A stretch of 20,000 nt of DNA from an uncultured virus (IMG/VR IMGVR_UViG_3300020204_000044). Its lineage: Duplodnaviria; Heunggongvirae; Uroviricota; Caudoviricetes. The notes under the pieces are model-generated. The model was not told the origin of the DNA. It saw only the letters and a program-made list of their open reading frames with translations, and searched no databases. The stretch is from the IMG/VR virus record IMGVR_UViG_3300020204_000044, one strand, 5' to 3'. How positions within the stretch are numbered: the first letter of the stretch is position 1; each line of letters opens with the position of its first letter. Below are positions 9,005-18,900 of the stretch, in pieces. A program made the position numbers and the translations under genes.

Positions 9005-10000
9005 TTATACCCTCTCGATAAAGTTTATTCTAATTAGTCCTAGGCCGCCTCGATACCCATTATCTCTGACATCGGGGCAGGGCTGCGCCGGTAAGCCACC
9101 CATGCCTGGAGGAATGAACGGCATACAACCAGTGACATCATAGCAACCGCAGGCTCTAGTATGTTGGCTGTAGCAGGCGGTCCATGGATTACCTCTAGCC
9201 GGGCTGCGGCTCATGGCGTTCAATGCGGAAATAAAATTGTGATAGCCCATGCCTGACCACTCTGAAAACCCGCTGTCTGAGTCTCGAGTGAACGTGACCA
9301 CACCTCCATCGCAGGCAAACATGCCTGGAGGAATAGCCACGTGATTGTGTGTGGCACAGGGGCATGAACTGCCATTAGTACCAAAGAATGTGGCGCAACT
9401 GAATCCGCCGCGCTTGTTTATGTCTCCACCATATGCTTCTGCGCAGCAAGAACCAGTACCTGAACCAAAGTTACAGATCATGCCCTGTGATCCACCGAAG
9501 TTGGTGTTGCAGTAGTTACCTGCGGTAAAGCAGCAGTAACCGCCCGTGCCCGTAGAGCACCATGTTACTCCGCCCCGTCCTCCCTGTGTGCAGATGCAGC
9601 CGTTTATGGCTGCACCTGTGTTTGGATTGCGACCGAACCAACAGACGCAGGACGCTTCTGAACAACCACGGAAGCATAAAGCGTCAGCATTGTTGCACGA
9701 TCTACCTACATATCCGCAGATAAAGTCTCCGGCGTTGACGCAGACGCATCTCCTGGCATAGGCGCCTGGATTTCCCGGTATGCCCATGCCGCAGCAGCAC
9801 ATACGAGCACCACTGCCCCCGGCCCCCCAGACATCTAAGATCACTTTTCCTTGACAGCAGGCGATCCAGCAGAAGCCATTGACAAAGTTAGCGTATTCCG
9901 TGCCTGGAGTGTAACTCCATATGCGGCCTTTTTCTAGATTGGTCTCGTCGAAATCGATCTGGTCTAGTTTTTGTTCTACCAATGTTCTTAAGTTAGCCAT
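9005..10000 (-). CDS. Cys/Gly-rich phage protein, paralog 3 (331 aa, about 32 Cys)
   Basis: Contains NLEKGRIW, WGAGGSGARMCCCG, GCICTQGGRGG, ACGCYD and PCPDVRDNGYRGGLGLIRI, and is collinear with the two upstream paralogs. Confidence 0.8.
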   Translation of the reverse strand: MANLRTLVEQKLDQIDFDETNLEKGRIWSYTPGTEYANFVNGFCWIACCQGKVILDVWGAGGSGARMCCCGMGIPGNPGAYARRCVCVNAGDFICGYVGRSCNNADALCFRGCSEASCVCWFGRNPNTGAAINGCICTQGGRGGVTWCSTGTGGYCCFTAGNYCNTNFGGSQGMICNFGSGTGSCCAEAYGGDINKRGGFSCATFFGTNGSSCPCATHNHVAIPPGMFACDGGVVTFTRDSDSGFSEWSGMGYHNFISALNAMSRSPARGNPWTACYSQHTRACGCYDVTGCMPFIPPGMGGLPAQPCPDVRDNGYRGGLGLIRINFIERV

Positions 10001-10001
10001 G

Positions 10002-10052
10002 TTATCTCGACCCGCCTCCTGTTGTTAAAAAATAGAATTTTGATTTGTCCAT
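10002..10052 (-). CDS. Putative 16-aa micro-ORF MDKSKFYFLTTGGGSR
   Basis: It exactly tiles the intergenic gap (TGA-t-ATG ... TAA-c-ATG) and contains the AGGAGG upstream of the 10000 start. There is no direct evidence of translation. Confidence 0.4.
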   Translation of the reverse strand: MDKSKFYFLTTGGGSR

Positions 10053-10053
10053 A

Positions 10054-11283
10054 TCAGTAACTGCTGCCCCCAGCGATAGGTATGAATTTGATGCGCACAG
10101 CACCCATACCGCCACGACCTGCGTGATCTCTAACGTTCGGGCAAGGATGTGGAGCTGCTCCAGGAACACCCACGGGCATGAAACTCATGCAGCCCTGCAT
10201 CTCATAGCAGCCGCAGGATCTCTGGTTGTTCCAGCAGGTATAGTGTTCGTTGTGGCTGGGTGATCGGCTCAAGGATTTCAGCGCATTGAAATGCACAGCC
10301 TGTGACGATCCCGACCAACCTCCCATGATGCTGTCGTCCGAGTATGAAGTATAGGTAAACGTGCCTCCATCTTCTGCGAACAGGCCTGCGGCCGTGGGCA
10401 CGTGATATTGGTACATACATGGGCAGGTCTGTAAGCAGGCATGGAACGACACGCAGCTCCACAGACCGCAGCAGTTGATGTCGCCGCCAAAACCGCAGGC
10501 CACGTTGTAGCCGTTCTGGCACCAATTGCAGATTATACCGCAGGCTGAGTTACCTGTATCGCACATGTTGTGTCCGGGTCCTAGACCCGTACCACAGAAA
10601 TAACCTGTTCTGAAACAAGAATAAGGTGATTTGGTATCCATACAGAACGATATGCCGCCTCGCCCTCCCTGTGCGCAGAGACAGCCGCGTGTGAAGTTGC
10701 CGCCTAATCTGCCCACGGTACAGCATCTACCCGTGCTGCAACAGAGTTCGCAGCCTTGGTTAGCACCTATCATGTTTGTACGATCGCCTCGTCCCTGGAT
10801 GGGACCGTTGGCTGTGCTGATCATATCTGAACCCTGCGAGCCCCATCCCCAGGGATTGCTGGGGACCTTGTCATCATACTCATCGGCACGCTGTCCGCCT
10901 TCGTTGAGATTGTGATGCGAGCAACCAAACCAGCACACGCAGGTGGCCTCTGAACAGCCACGGAAACACAGCGCTGAAGAGTTATTGCAGGAGCGTCCAA
11001 TGTAGCCACAGACGAAATTTCCCGATGCCACGCAGACGCATTTCCTTAGATACGCAGGGGCGTTACCTGGTGTACCTGCTCCGCAGCAGCACATCTGTGC
11101 TCCTGAACCAGCAGAACCCCATACATCGATCTGGATGAATCCGCAACCGGGCGCACGCCAGCAGAAACCATTACAGAATCCGGTGTACATAGTTCCTTCT
11201 TGATAGACCCAGATACGACCTTTTTCTAGATTATCCTCGAAAGCCAAATCTCTGCCACCTAGCAGTGTTGATAACTTTGCCAT
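10054..11283 (-). CDS. Cys/Gly-rich phage protein, paralog 2 (409 aa, about 41 Cys)
   Basis: Contains NLEKGRIW, WGSAGSGAQMCCCG, GCLCAQGGRGG, SCGCYE and PCPNVRDHAGRGGMGAVRI. It carries an internal segment of about 79 aa where the paralogs have about 10 aa. SD AGGAGG lies inside the end of the upstream gene. Confidence 0.8.
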   Translation of the reverse strand: MAKLSTLLGGRDLAFEDNLEKGRIWVYQEGTMYTGFCNGFCWRAPGCGFIQIDVWGSAGSGAQMCCCGAGTPGNAPAYLRKCVCVASGNFVCGYIGRSCNNSSALCFRGCSEATCVCWFGCSHHNLNEGGQRADEYDDKVPSNPWGWGSQGSDMISTANGPIQGRGDRTNMIGANQGCELCCSTGRCCTVGRLGGNFTRGCLCAQGGRGGISFCMDTKSPYSCFRTGYFCGTGLGPGHNMCDTGNSACGIICNWCQNGYNVACGFGGDINCCGLWSCVSFHACLQTCPCMYQYHVPTAAGLFAEDGGTFTYTSYSDDSIMGGWSGSSQAVHFNALKSLSRSPSHNEHYTCWNNQRSCGCYEMQGCMSFMPVGVPGAAPHPCPNVRDHAGRGGMGAVRIKFIPIAGGSSY

Positions 11284-11284
11284 A

Positions 11285-12304
11285 TCAGTACATACCTCCT
11301 AGTTTAGCACAGTTTTGGCCGTACATGTTAGTTCCTCTATAGGTCAATCTAATAGCGCCCATGCCACCTCGCTTGCCGTGGTCTCTGACATCTGGGCAGG
11401 GATAGGATCCAATGCCGCCCACGCCATAGGAATTGAACGGTATGCAGCCATACATTTCATAACAACCGCAGCTCTGTGTTGAAGAATAACAGGTGATCCA
11501 TGATATACCCGAAACCGGAGAACGGCTCAGGGCGTTCTGAGAATATTGATGCTGTAGCAGACCCGTGCCGCTCCATTGAGTGAATTCTGGATCTTCTTCT
11601 GGCAGAGACGATATCACGCCACCTTGATCGCTGAATATTCCTGGTGCGTAGGCCACGAACTGGTGTATGTAGCAGGGCCGAGGATTGCCCGTGTTACAGA
11701 AGAAATGCATGTAACTGATGCAGCCGCAGCAGTTGGTGTCACCGCCATAGCCACAGCCGATATGGCCACCGGAACATTGATTGCAGATGATACCACAACT
11801 GCTGCCAAACAGAGTGTGACAGAATCCTGCTGCTACGAAACAGCAGTACATGGCCGTGCTGGTCGAACAGATCGATGTGCCGCCTCGGCCTCCTTGTGCG
11901 CACATGCAGCCGTTTGAGTAGCCGCAGAGGTCTCGAGCGTTGCACCAGGCTAGATAACTAGCTAATCCGCAACCGCTGAAGCAGAGATCGTGTGCGTTAC
12001 AGGCCATACCTGGACAGGCACAGATCGCTGAGTTACAGAACACAGCCAAACATTTTCTCGTGTATCCGGGAGCATTTCCTGGTAGACCGCTACCGCAGCA
12101 GCACATGCGAGATCCACTACCTGCTGCTCCCCACATTTCTATTTCTAAGACACCACAGCCCGGAGATGCCCAGCACCAGTTCATATCTGATCGAATACAG
12201 GCGAACATACCACCGTTGGTCACGGTGTACACTCGGCCCTTCTCCAGATTTGTCTGGTTGGCCGCGATCTCTCTGGTGGATAGTAGATCAGTAAGTCTTG
12301 CCAT
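11285..12304 (-). CDS. Cys/Gly-rich phage protein, paralog 1 (339 aa, about 36 Cys)
   Basis: Contains NLEKGRVY, WGAAGSGSRMCCCG, GCMCAQGGRGG, SCGCYE and PCPDVRDHGKRGGMGAIRL. SD is AGGA. Confidence 0.8.
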   Translation of the reverse strand: MARLTDLLSTREIAANQTNLEKGRVYTVTNGGMFACIRSDMNWCWASPGCGVLEIEMWGAAGSGSRMCCCGSGLPGNAPGYTRKCLAVFCNSAICACPGMACNAHDLCFSGCGLASYLAWCNARDLCGYSNGCMCAQGGRGGTSICSTSTAMYCCFVAAGFCHTLFGSSCGIICNQCSGGHIGCGYGGDTNCCGCISYMHFFCNTGNPRPCYIHQFVAYAPGIFSDQGGVISSLPEEDPEFTQWSGTGLLQHQYSQNALSRSPVSGISWITCYSSTQSCGCYEMYGCIPFNSYGVGGIGSYPCPDVRDHGKRGGMGAIRLTYRGTNMYGQNCAKLGGMY

Positions 12305-12316
12305 TTTATTTTCCTA

Positions 12317-12643
12317 TTAGGGTCCGATAAAGACCCAACCAAATGTTACGCCCGAATAAATCATCGTTACAGCAGCGTTGTTCATGTCTAAAACTAAATT
12401 TTCTGTCAAGTTCTGGATCTTTTCTCCATTTCTCGCTATGGTTACATTGTTCGTAGCGAAAATCCCCGCGACATCGATGATTTGGATGGTATCCCCCACT
12501 ACTGGTGTAGCGGGCAGGGTGAGTGTAAATGCCCCCGAAGTGGCATTAGCGAATATTCTTTCACCTGCAGTAAGAGTGGCCGTGGCAGTCACGGTTCTGT
12601 TGGATACTGCATCGGTTCCGAAAGATGATACTTGTCGTCCCAT
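12317..12643 (-). CDS. Small tail-fibre-associated protein, T4 gp34 N-terminal-like domain (108 aa)
   Basis: ANATSGAFTLTLPATPVVGDTIQIIDVAGIFATNNVTIARNGEKI...VTMIYSGVTFGW resembles the repeated beta domain of proximal long tail fibres. SD is AGGAG. Confidence 0.65.
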   Translation of the reverse strand: MGRQVSSFGTDAVSNRTVTATATLTAGERIFANATSGAFTLTLPATPVVGDTIQIIDVAGIFATNNVTIARNGEKIQNLTENLVLDMNNAAVTMIYSGVTFGWVFIGP

Positions 12644-12657
12644 TTTATTCTCCTAAA

Positions 12658-12978
12658 TTATACTGTTGAAGTCTCTATACCATACGCATTCACTGATACG
12701 TTGGCATTGCTGGCGTATACTACGAGACGTTTGCCAGCGTCCATCATGATACCTGTTCGTTCTAACACCCCGTTAGATCCTATCTGAACATCATATTCGA
12801 TGTATTCTGCGTTTGTCGGACTCGCGCCTGCGGCTAAAGCGACTCTGACCGAAACTGCTGTGCTTCCTCGGTTCAGCACATTTATGCTCAGAACCGTAAA
12901 AGTAGTGGCAGGCACGGTATACACTGTTGTATTTGTTGTCGCTGCCAGTGTTGATTGACCTAATAATCCTGTTGCCAT
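12658..12978 (-). CDS. Small conserved phage virion or adaptor protein (106 aa)
   Basis: The pattern TTVYTVPA...SINVLNR...EYIEYDVQI...LERTGIMMDAGKRLVVYAS..VSVNAYGIE is common in myovirus tail clusters (recalled). SD is GGAG. Confidence 0.6.
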   Translation of the reverse strand: MATGLLGQSTLAATTNTTVYTVPATTFTVLSINVLNRGSTAVSVRVALAAGASPTNAEYIEYDVQIGSNGVLERTGIMMDAGKRLVVYASNANVSVNAYGIETSTV

Positions 12979-12991
12979 TTAAAATTCTCCA

Positions 12992-15900
12992 TTAATTTGC
13001 TTGTAAAAAGTAATTTAACACAAGGGCATCGCCTGCAATACCACCTTTGAAGTTTACCTTACTATTTATGTTAATTTGAACATTTGTCGTAGTGCTAATG
13101 GACTGTCCCGCCACATAAATCACACCCGCAGTCAAAGTATTCACGTTCAAACTAGATCCGCCTCCACCGATCTGGCTAGTAATATACGCCTTAATAGCCC
13201 GCTGTGTAGGAACCACAGAATCCGAATCTTGTGTAAAGAATGGATCTGTTGAAAATTCTGAGATCGTTGCACCTGACCCACCTAGCGCCACTGAGCCCAG
13301 CGAAAGTTCATTCAAACCTGCGATGTTGAAGGCATCTGCGTTCAAGGTCGCTACACCAGTGCTCTGTTCAACGTTAAACAGTCCACCTACACGGAAGTTA
13401 CCATCTTGGTCAGTTGAAGTATAGAACACTCGTCCGCCACCGCCAACTCTGGTCTCATTAGCAGGTATAGGATCGTTTAAAGGTAGTCCGGGATAATTAG
13501 ATTCTGTGAAATTACCGGTACCAATATCCAAGAAATCATGACCGGTCAGTCGAACCTGGCTGTATCGTCTGCGTATCGTCGTAGTCGTATCATGTTCTGG
13601 CGCTTCTGCAGCACCGATAGCAGGGCTCAATTGTAGGGTAGCATCGTATGTGCCATCTGGATTTGTCAAGAGCCCGGTAACGTTAACCAATCTATAGTAG
13701 ACGTCGTCGATACCTGCTATCTGCACATTGGAGCCCGCTTTGGGGATTCCTGTGAGGTTCTTGAACGATACAAATGCAGTGACCTGATAATTATCTGCGT
13801 AGCCGTTTCCAGCAACTTCTGCTGCTGCTGCTGTATAAAGAGTTCCTCTGTTAGTAAATGTTGGCTGTGCGATAACTCCGTTGCCTATCCTTACCTGTGT
13901 GGTAGCATCCGGACCTGTGTTATTTGGATCTGTGATAGTCAGCGTCGGTGCGGCGACATATCCAGAACCTGGTTCGTGTATCCAGATTTCAGTGATCAAC
14001 CCTTCGCCAGTGACTAATGATCGTGCTCTTGCCCGAGTACCTTGTCGTATGTTCAAGACTCCCTGTGAATTGCTGCCTATCACTACCCATCTCGGATACG
14101 ATTGATAATTTCCAAATGCCGATGCCACATAAGTCTTGCTGGTCAAGGCCAGCATGCTGCCTGATCCTGTGCTTAGAGCGAATGTAGATCCTCCGCTGGT
14201 TTCAGATATGCTGAATCTAGTGGCATCATAGATGCTATTGACAAAGTAAATCTTTCCTGAATCCGTACGGACTCCTCCGAATATTTCAGAACCTGATGAA
14301 TCACGGATGAATCTAACACGATCTCCTACATTCAGTCCGGTTGTCGTGCTGGTAGTAGTCAACCAGTTTACTTCAACAGCAAATTCCATGCTAGATGCCG
14401 TGGTAGTTGTCGAGGTAGCTAATGTGGCCACGGTATAGGTCGTAGTACCTGTTGAGGCCGCGGTAAACCAATCAGCAGTTGAACTCTGCGCTGGTCCTTC
14501 TATCCAAGTCACGCCGTTTGTAGAGTAGGCTGTTCTGTTACTGTTGTAGGCAAATGCCAAGAACGCTGTGCCTGTCCAAATAACTTTGATCCAACGTGCA
14601 GCAGCACCTGGCATGGTAGCCGCTGTCCAAGTTGTTCCGTTGGTACTGTATGCTGCCTTAGTTGTAGTAGTGGCTGTATTACCCGCTACTGCAACAAATC
14701 TGCTGTTACCGTAGGCCACAGAACTCCATAGATCTGAACTGGGCATAGAGTTAGCAGTGGTCCAGGTTGATGCACTGTTTGTAGAATGTGAAACTGCTTG
14801 GCTAGCTGATGCGCCGCCGCTTACTATGATATAATAAGTAGTTGCTCCGATAGCACCTACCGCGATACTGGTAGCATCTGACGAACCTCCTGATACAGCA
14901 GAACCAGTCCATGAAGTACCGTTTGCGCTTGTTGCTATATTAGCACTGTCTGCTCTGATTGCCACGTATTTAGAACCATCCCAGATTACCTGTTTCCAGA
15001 ATGAATTAGCAGGTAATGCATTGGCTGTGGTGCTCCAAGTAGTGCCGTTAGCAGAAGTAGCGATATCATTGTTACCACCGTTACCGCCAATCAGTGCCAC
15101 GTATTGATTGGTACCGTTATAGGCCAAACAGGTATATTCCCAGTTACCACCGGATTGAGCGATAGTCCCACCAGTCCAGGTCGCACCGTCGGTGCTGGTT
15201 GCGTATGCTCCGAGACTCGTAGCAGTAGTATAACCTATGGCTACGAATTTGCTTCCGTCCCAAAGGACATCTTGCCATGTGCTGGCACTAGGAAGTGTTC
15301 TGGCAGTAGTTGATGCTGGAATAGAGTTAGCATTAGTGCTGGTTATGTCTATAGGCAAGAAACTACCGTCACGTAGAGTCCAAGTAACCCCGTCAGGAGA
15401 ACTGGCAGCAGCGTCACCTAGGCTGGTGACATAGAATACGCCTTGACCGTAGGATATAGAACTCCACTCGCTGATCGATGGTAGATTGCTCTTATACCAA
15501 GTAGCACCGTTAAACGAATATGCTGCCATGGCAGAACTGTCTGCGATCGCAACAAATCGTCCGTTACCGTAGGCTATATCTACCCAGTTAGATTCCGAGG
15601 AGTCGTCATTGGCTGGAAGTGTGGTCACAGTCCAAGAGATTCCATTAGTGCTGTAAGCCACAGAATTTGAAAAATTACCTTCTACTAGGACGAATCTGCC
15701 ACCGCCATAGGCTATGGCTTTAGAGCCAGTGGCCACTGTAGCCGAGGTCCAAGTCGCACCGCCGTTGGTAGATGTTGATCTCCAAGTGGTGCTAGAATCG
15801 CTATCTGCTATGGCCACAAACGTTCCGTTACCTCCCACGACATCACTCCAGTCTTCGACCACTCCTAGCGATACTGAAGTCCAATTGATGCCATCGAACG

Positions 15901-18900
15901 AATAAGCAGCAGTCGATGATCCTTTGGCCACTGCTACAAATCTGCTGACATTTTGATAGGCATCGTATGTGATGGCTACCCATTGATTATCCGGTTCTCC
16001 GCCGCCACCGCCTGTGGCCGTAGGCATGGTCATCGACGACCAATTAACGCCATCTAGAGAATATGCTCCAGCGGTACTGCCATTGACTACTGCAACATAT
16101 TTAGGTGTAACAGCAGTTCCCGACACAGTGACCGAAGTTATCGCACCGCTGGGATTAGTGGCTGTTGCCACGGTCAATGTAAGATTATTGGCCGGAGTCG
16201 TTCCTCCTAGACTCGCTCCTAGTATAGTTAAAGTATCGCCTATCGCATACAAAGCACCACCTTGGTTTACCTCTACGCTGTAAACTCCGTATCGTCGAGT
16301 TATATTGAAATTAGCTAAAGAACCTGCTCCGCCTGTGGCTGCCACAGCAGAATAAACTCCGTATCCGTCACCGAATACCACATCGCTCCAATTGCTGTTG
16401 GCATTCATGTTAGCAGTTGTTTTAGTAAACGGCGGAGCGGACATCTCAATTCTAGGGGTTATCTCGTAGGAAGTGGTAACATCTAACGCTGCAGCGATAG
16501 GTGTTCCAGGAACCACATGATCCCATCCTGCCGTACCGTCGCTGTCTTTAAACACAGTCGCTACTTTAGAACCAGCATTATAAGTGCCGATGTATCCATA
16601 TTGACCTGCGCCTGTTCCTGTAATTAAGTATATGCTCATGCCTACATAGGCAGTGCTGGTTCTATTATCAGCGGCCGCCAATGTTATCTGCGTGGTATTT
16701 CCGCTCTGTGCCTGGTTCGCGGCTGTGATATAACCTTCGCCGCCTATCCCCGAAGAATCGCCCGGATCTGTCAATCGTATATTGAATACTCCACCGTCAC
16801 GAAACTCATTGACTATCGTCTGCACTCCTGAACCAGTACCAGATGTGCTGATCGTAGCAGATGTATAGTCGTTGCCTGCATTTCTAAATTCGTAGATTAA
16901 AATATTGCTGCCGTTGGTTATTACATTTCTGACATCGGCTTCATCTGCTCGGTTATTAACTTCTCCGGTTACAGCAACTTCGGTGATATCTATACCTTCT
17001 GACACTGATCCAAAATCGCCGTAAGAATTGTTGCCGTTGGTAGCACGGATCTTACCGCCGTTTTCTGCCAGATAACCGATGTAGTTATAGTATGTGAACA
17101 CAGAAACTAATTCTGCGCGACCTAGATTGGAGATCCATGCACCGATTCCATCGCTGAGTACCTGTGTGAAGTCGTTGCTCACGATAGAATCGACACCTCC
17201 TGCATGTAGACTTCCGTCAATTTTCTGTCCTACGCAGGCTGTACCGAATGTAGTGACGTTCTGGACATAGGTTGATTTGTTCGTGACCCATACATTTTCA
17301 TCGTTTGGTCCCCAACCTGGATTCAGCGACACATATGCTCCGGCTAACGGACGCTGTGTACCATATTCGTTAGCAACGGTTAGTCCATCAGCATCACCGG
17401 CGCCTGCGGTATTACCGTCTGACGTTCCGTCTAAGCCCAACAATGTTTGATTACGAATACCACAGCCTCGACTTACATAATACATGTCTTCTAGTTTAGA
17501 ACCAGTAAATGCGTTTCTATAGAATCTTGCTGCCATCACAGACTTATAATTACCTGTGAATTTCATATCATGTGCGATGGCTTCTACGTAATTTCTCACG
17601 TCATTCTGACAACTTGCTGAATTATAGTACCACTTGACTAACATTGAACCAGCAGCCGTGGATAAATCAACGGCCGATCCACCCGGTGTTAATGATACTT
17701 TGAATGTAGTAGCAGTTAATCCGCTTGCAAGAACGTAGTATGTGGTATTAGTGCTGATACCTCCAAATACAGTTCCAGAAAATCTCACAGTGTCGCCTGC
17801 TACCATCCATGTCTGTGATGAGCAGGTAAATTCGTCTGTGGCGCCACCTGTAGATGCAGATACTGTGGCACGGAATGTTTGATCAACATAGGCCGTGGCC
17901 TCTGCTACCATGAATTCTTTGTTAAGCAATAAGATCTGTGAACCGTTATAGCGATCAATATCTGTGGTAGGATCCATAGTACCAACTATGATAGGTCTTG
18001 TACCTGTGTTAGCATAATTGATAATATCATCCCATAGCAACTGTGACATTACAGAAGAACCAAAAGATACAATAACTGCACCTTTCTTGCTGATAAAGTC
18101 TAGTATAGTTTGTGTAGCAGCCAATTGGTTAGCCACAACTAATTGTGCAGAAGCAGTGCCTCTACGATAACTCATACCTGCTTTGATAGAAGCAAAGTTA
18201 CTGTTAAACATTAAGTCATAACGTAAAGCATCCACAATTAATCCAACATCTCTAGAACAGGTCGCATCATCAAACACCAGATCAGGAAATTCTCTCTTGA
18301 TATAGTTAACAGAGTGAGTTTGAATTTCTGATCTAGCAGAGTTAAGTGCTGTGCCTGCTGTTTGGAGTTCTGTAGAAACCCATGATGTAGCAGGTTGTAC
18401 AGTGGCTGGATAACCTACTGCTGTTTCAACACCATCTACTGTGATAAGATCGATGATGTTTTGGATCCGCTCTTCCCCGAAGTTTTTGCTGGCTGTGGTA
18501 CCTGCGGTACCGCTGACGTCTTGTGTTAGGGCGTTGCCTGCAGAAACTGTGACCGCGGCTTCCGTAATCACTTCACCCACTACAATTTTTAATCTTGCGT
18601 AGGCTGCCAGTGTTTCGTCTTTTTCGCCCTCTCCGAATGTGGCTTCACCAAAACTATAATATGCTTTGGCAGCGATCATAGTCTGTGTGTTGCCACCGTA
18701 GGTTAAATCGTAACGTACTGCATCTAGGATGTATTCTACGTCACGAGCGCAGGCTGCTGCATCGTAGGTAAATGATGCACTAAATGGTGCGATTGAACCT
18801 GCCACCTGGACGGCAATCCAAGCAGTGATTTCTGCTTTGATGAATGCAGTGTTAGCCAGTATCTGTGCTCTAGCATTGTCATATCCAGTAGTAGCACCTG

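Noticed and set aside
10783..10791. RGD tripeptide in the paralog 2 insertion
   Set aside because: It is a single occurrence expected by chance in a Gly-rich sequence, and there is no eukaryotic context.
9005..12304. Diversity-generating retroelement or RiPP precursor interpretation of the Cys-rich paralogs
   Set aside because: There is no reverse transcriptase and no near-identical TR/VR pair differing at adenines. The proteins are over 300 aa, with no leader/core layout and no lanthipeptide, YcaO or radical SAM enzyme in the window.
14430..16100. Sialidase call for the Asp-box repeats
   Set aside because: No RIP motif or arginine triad is visible, and Asp-boxes occur in many non-catalytic propellers.
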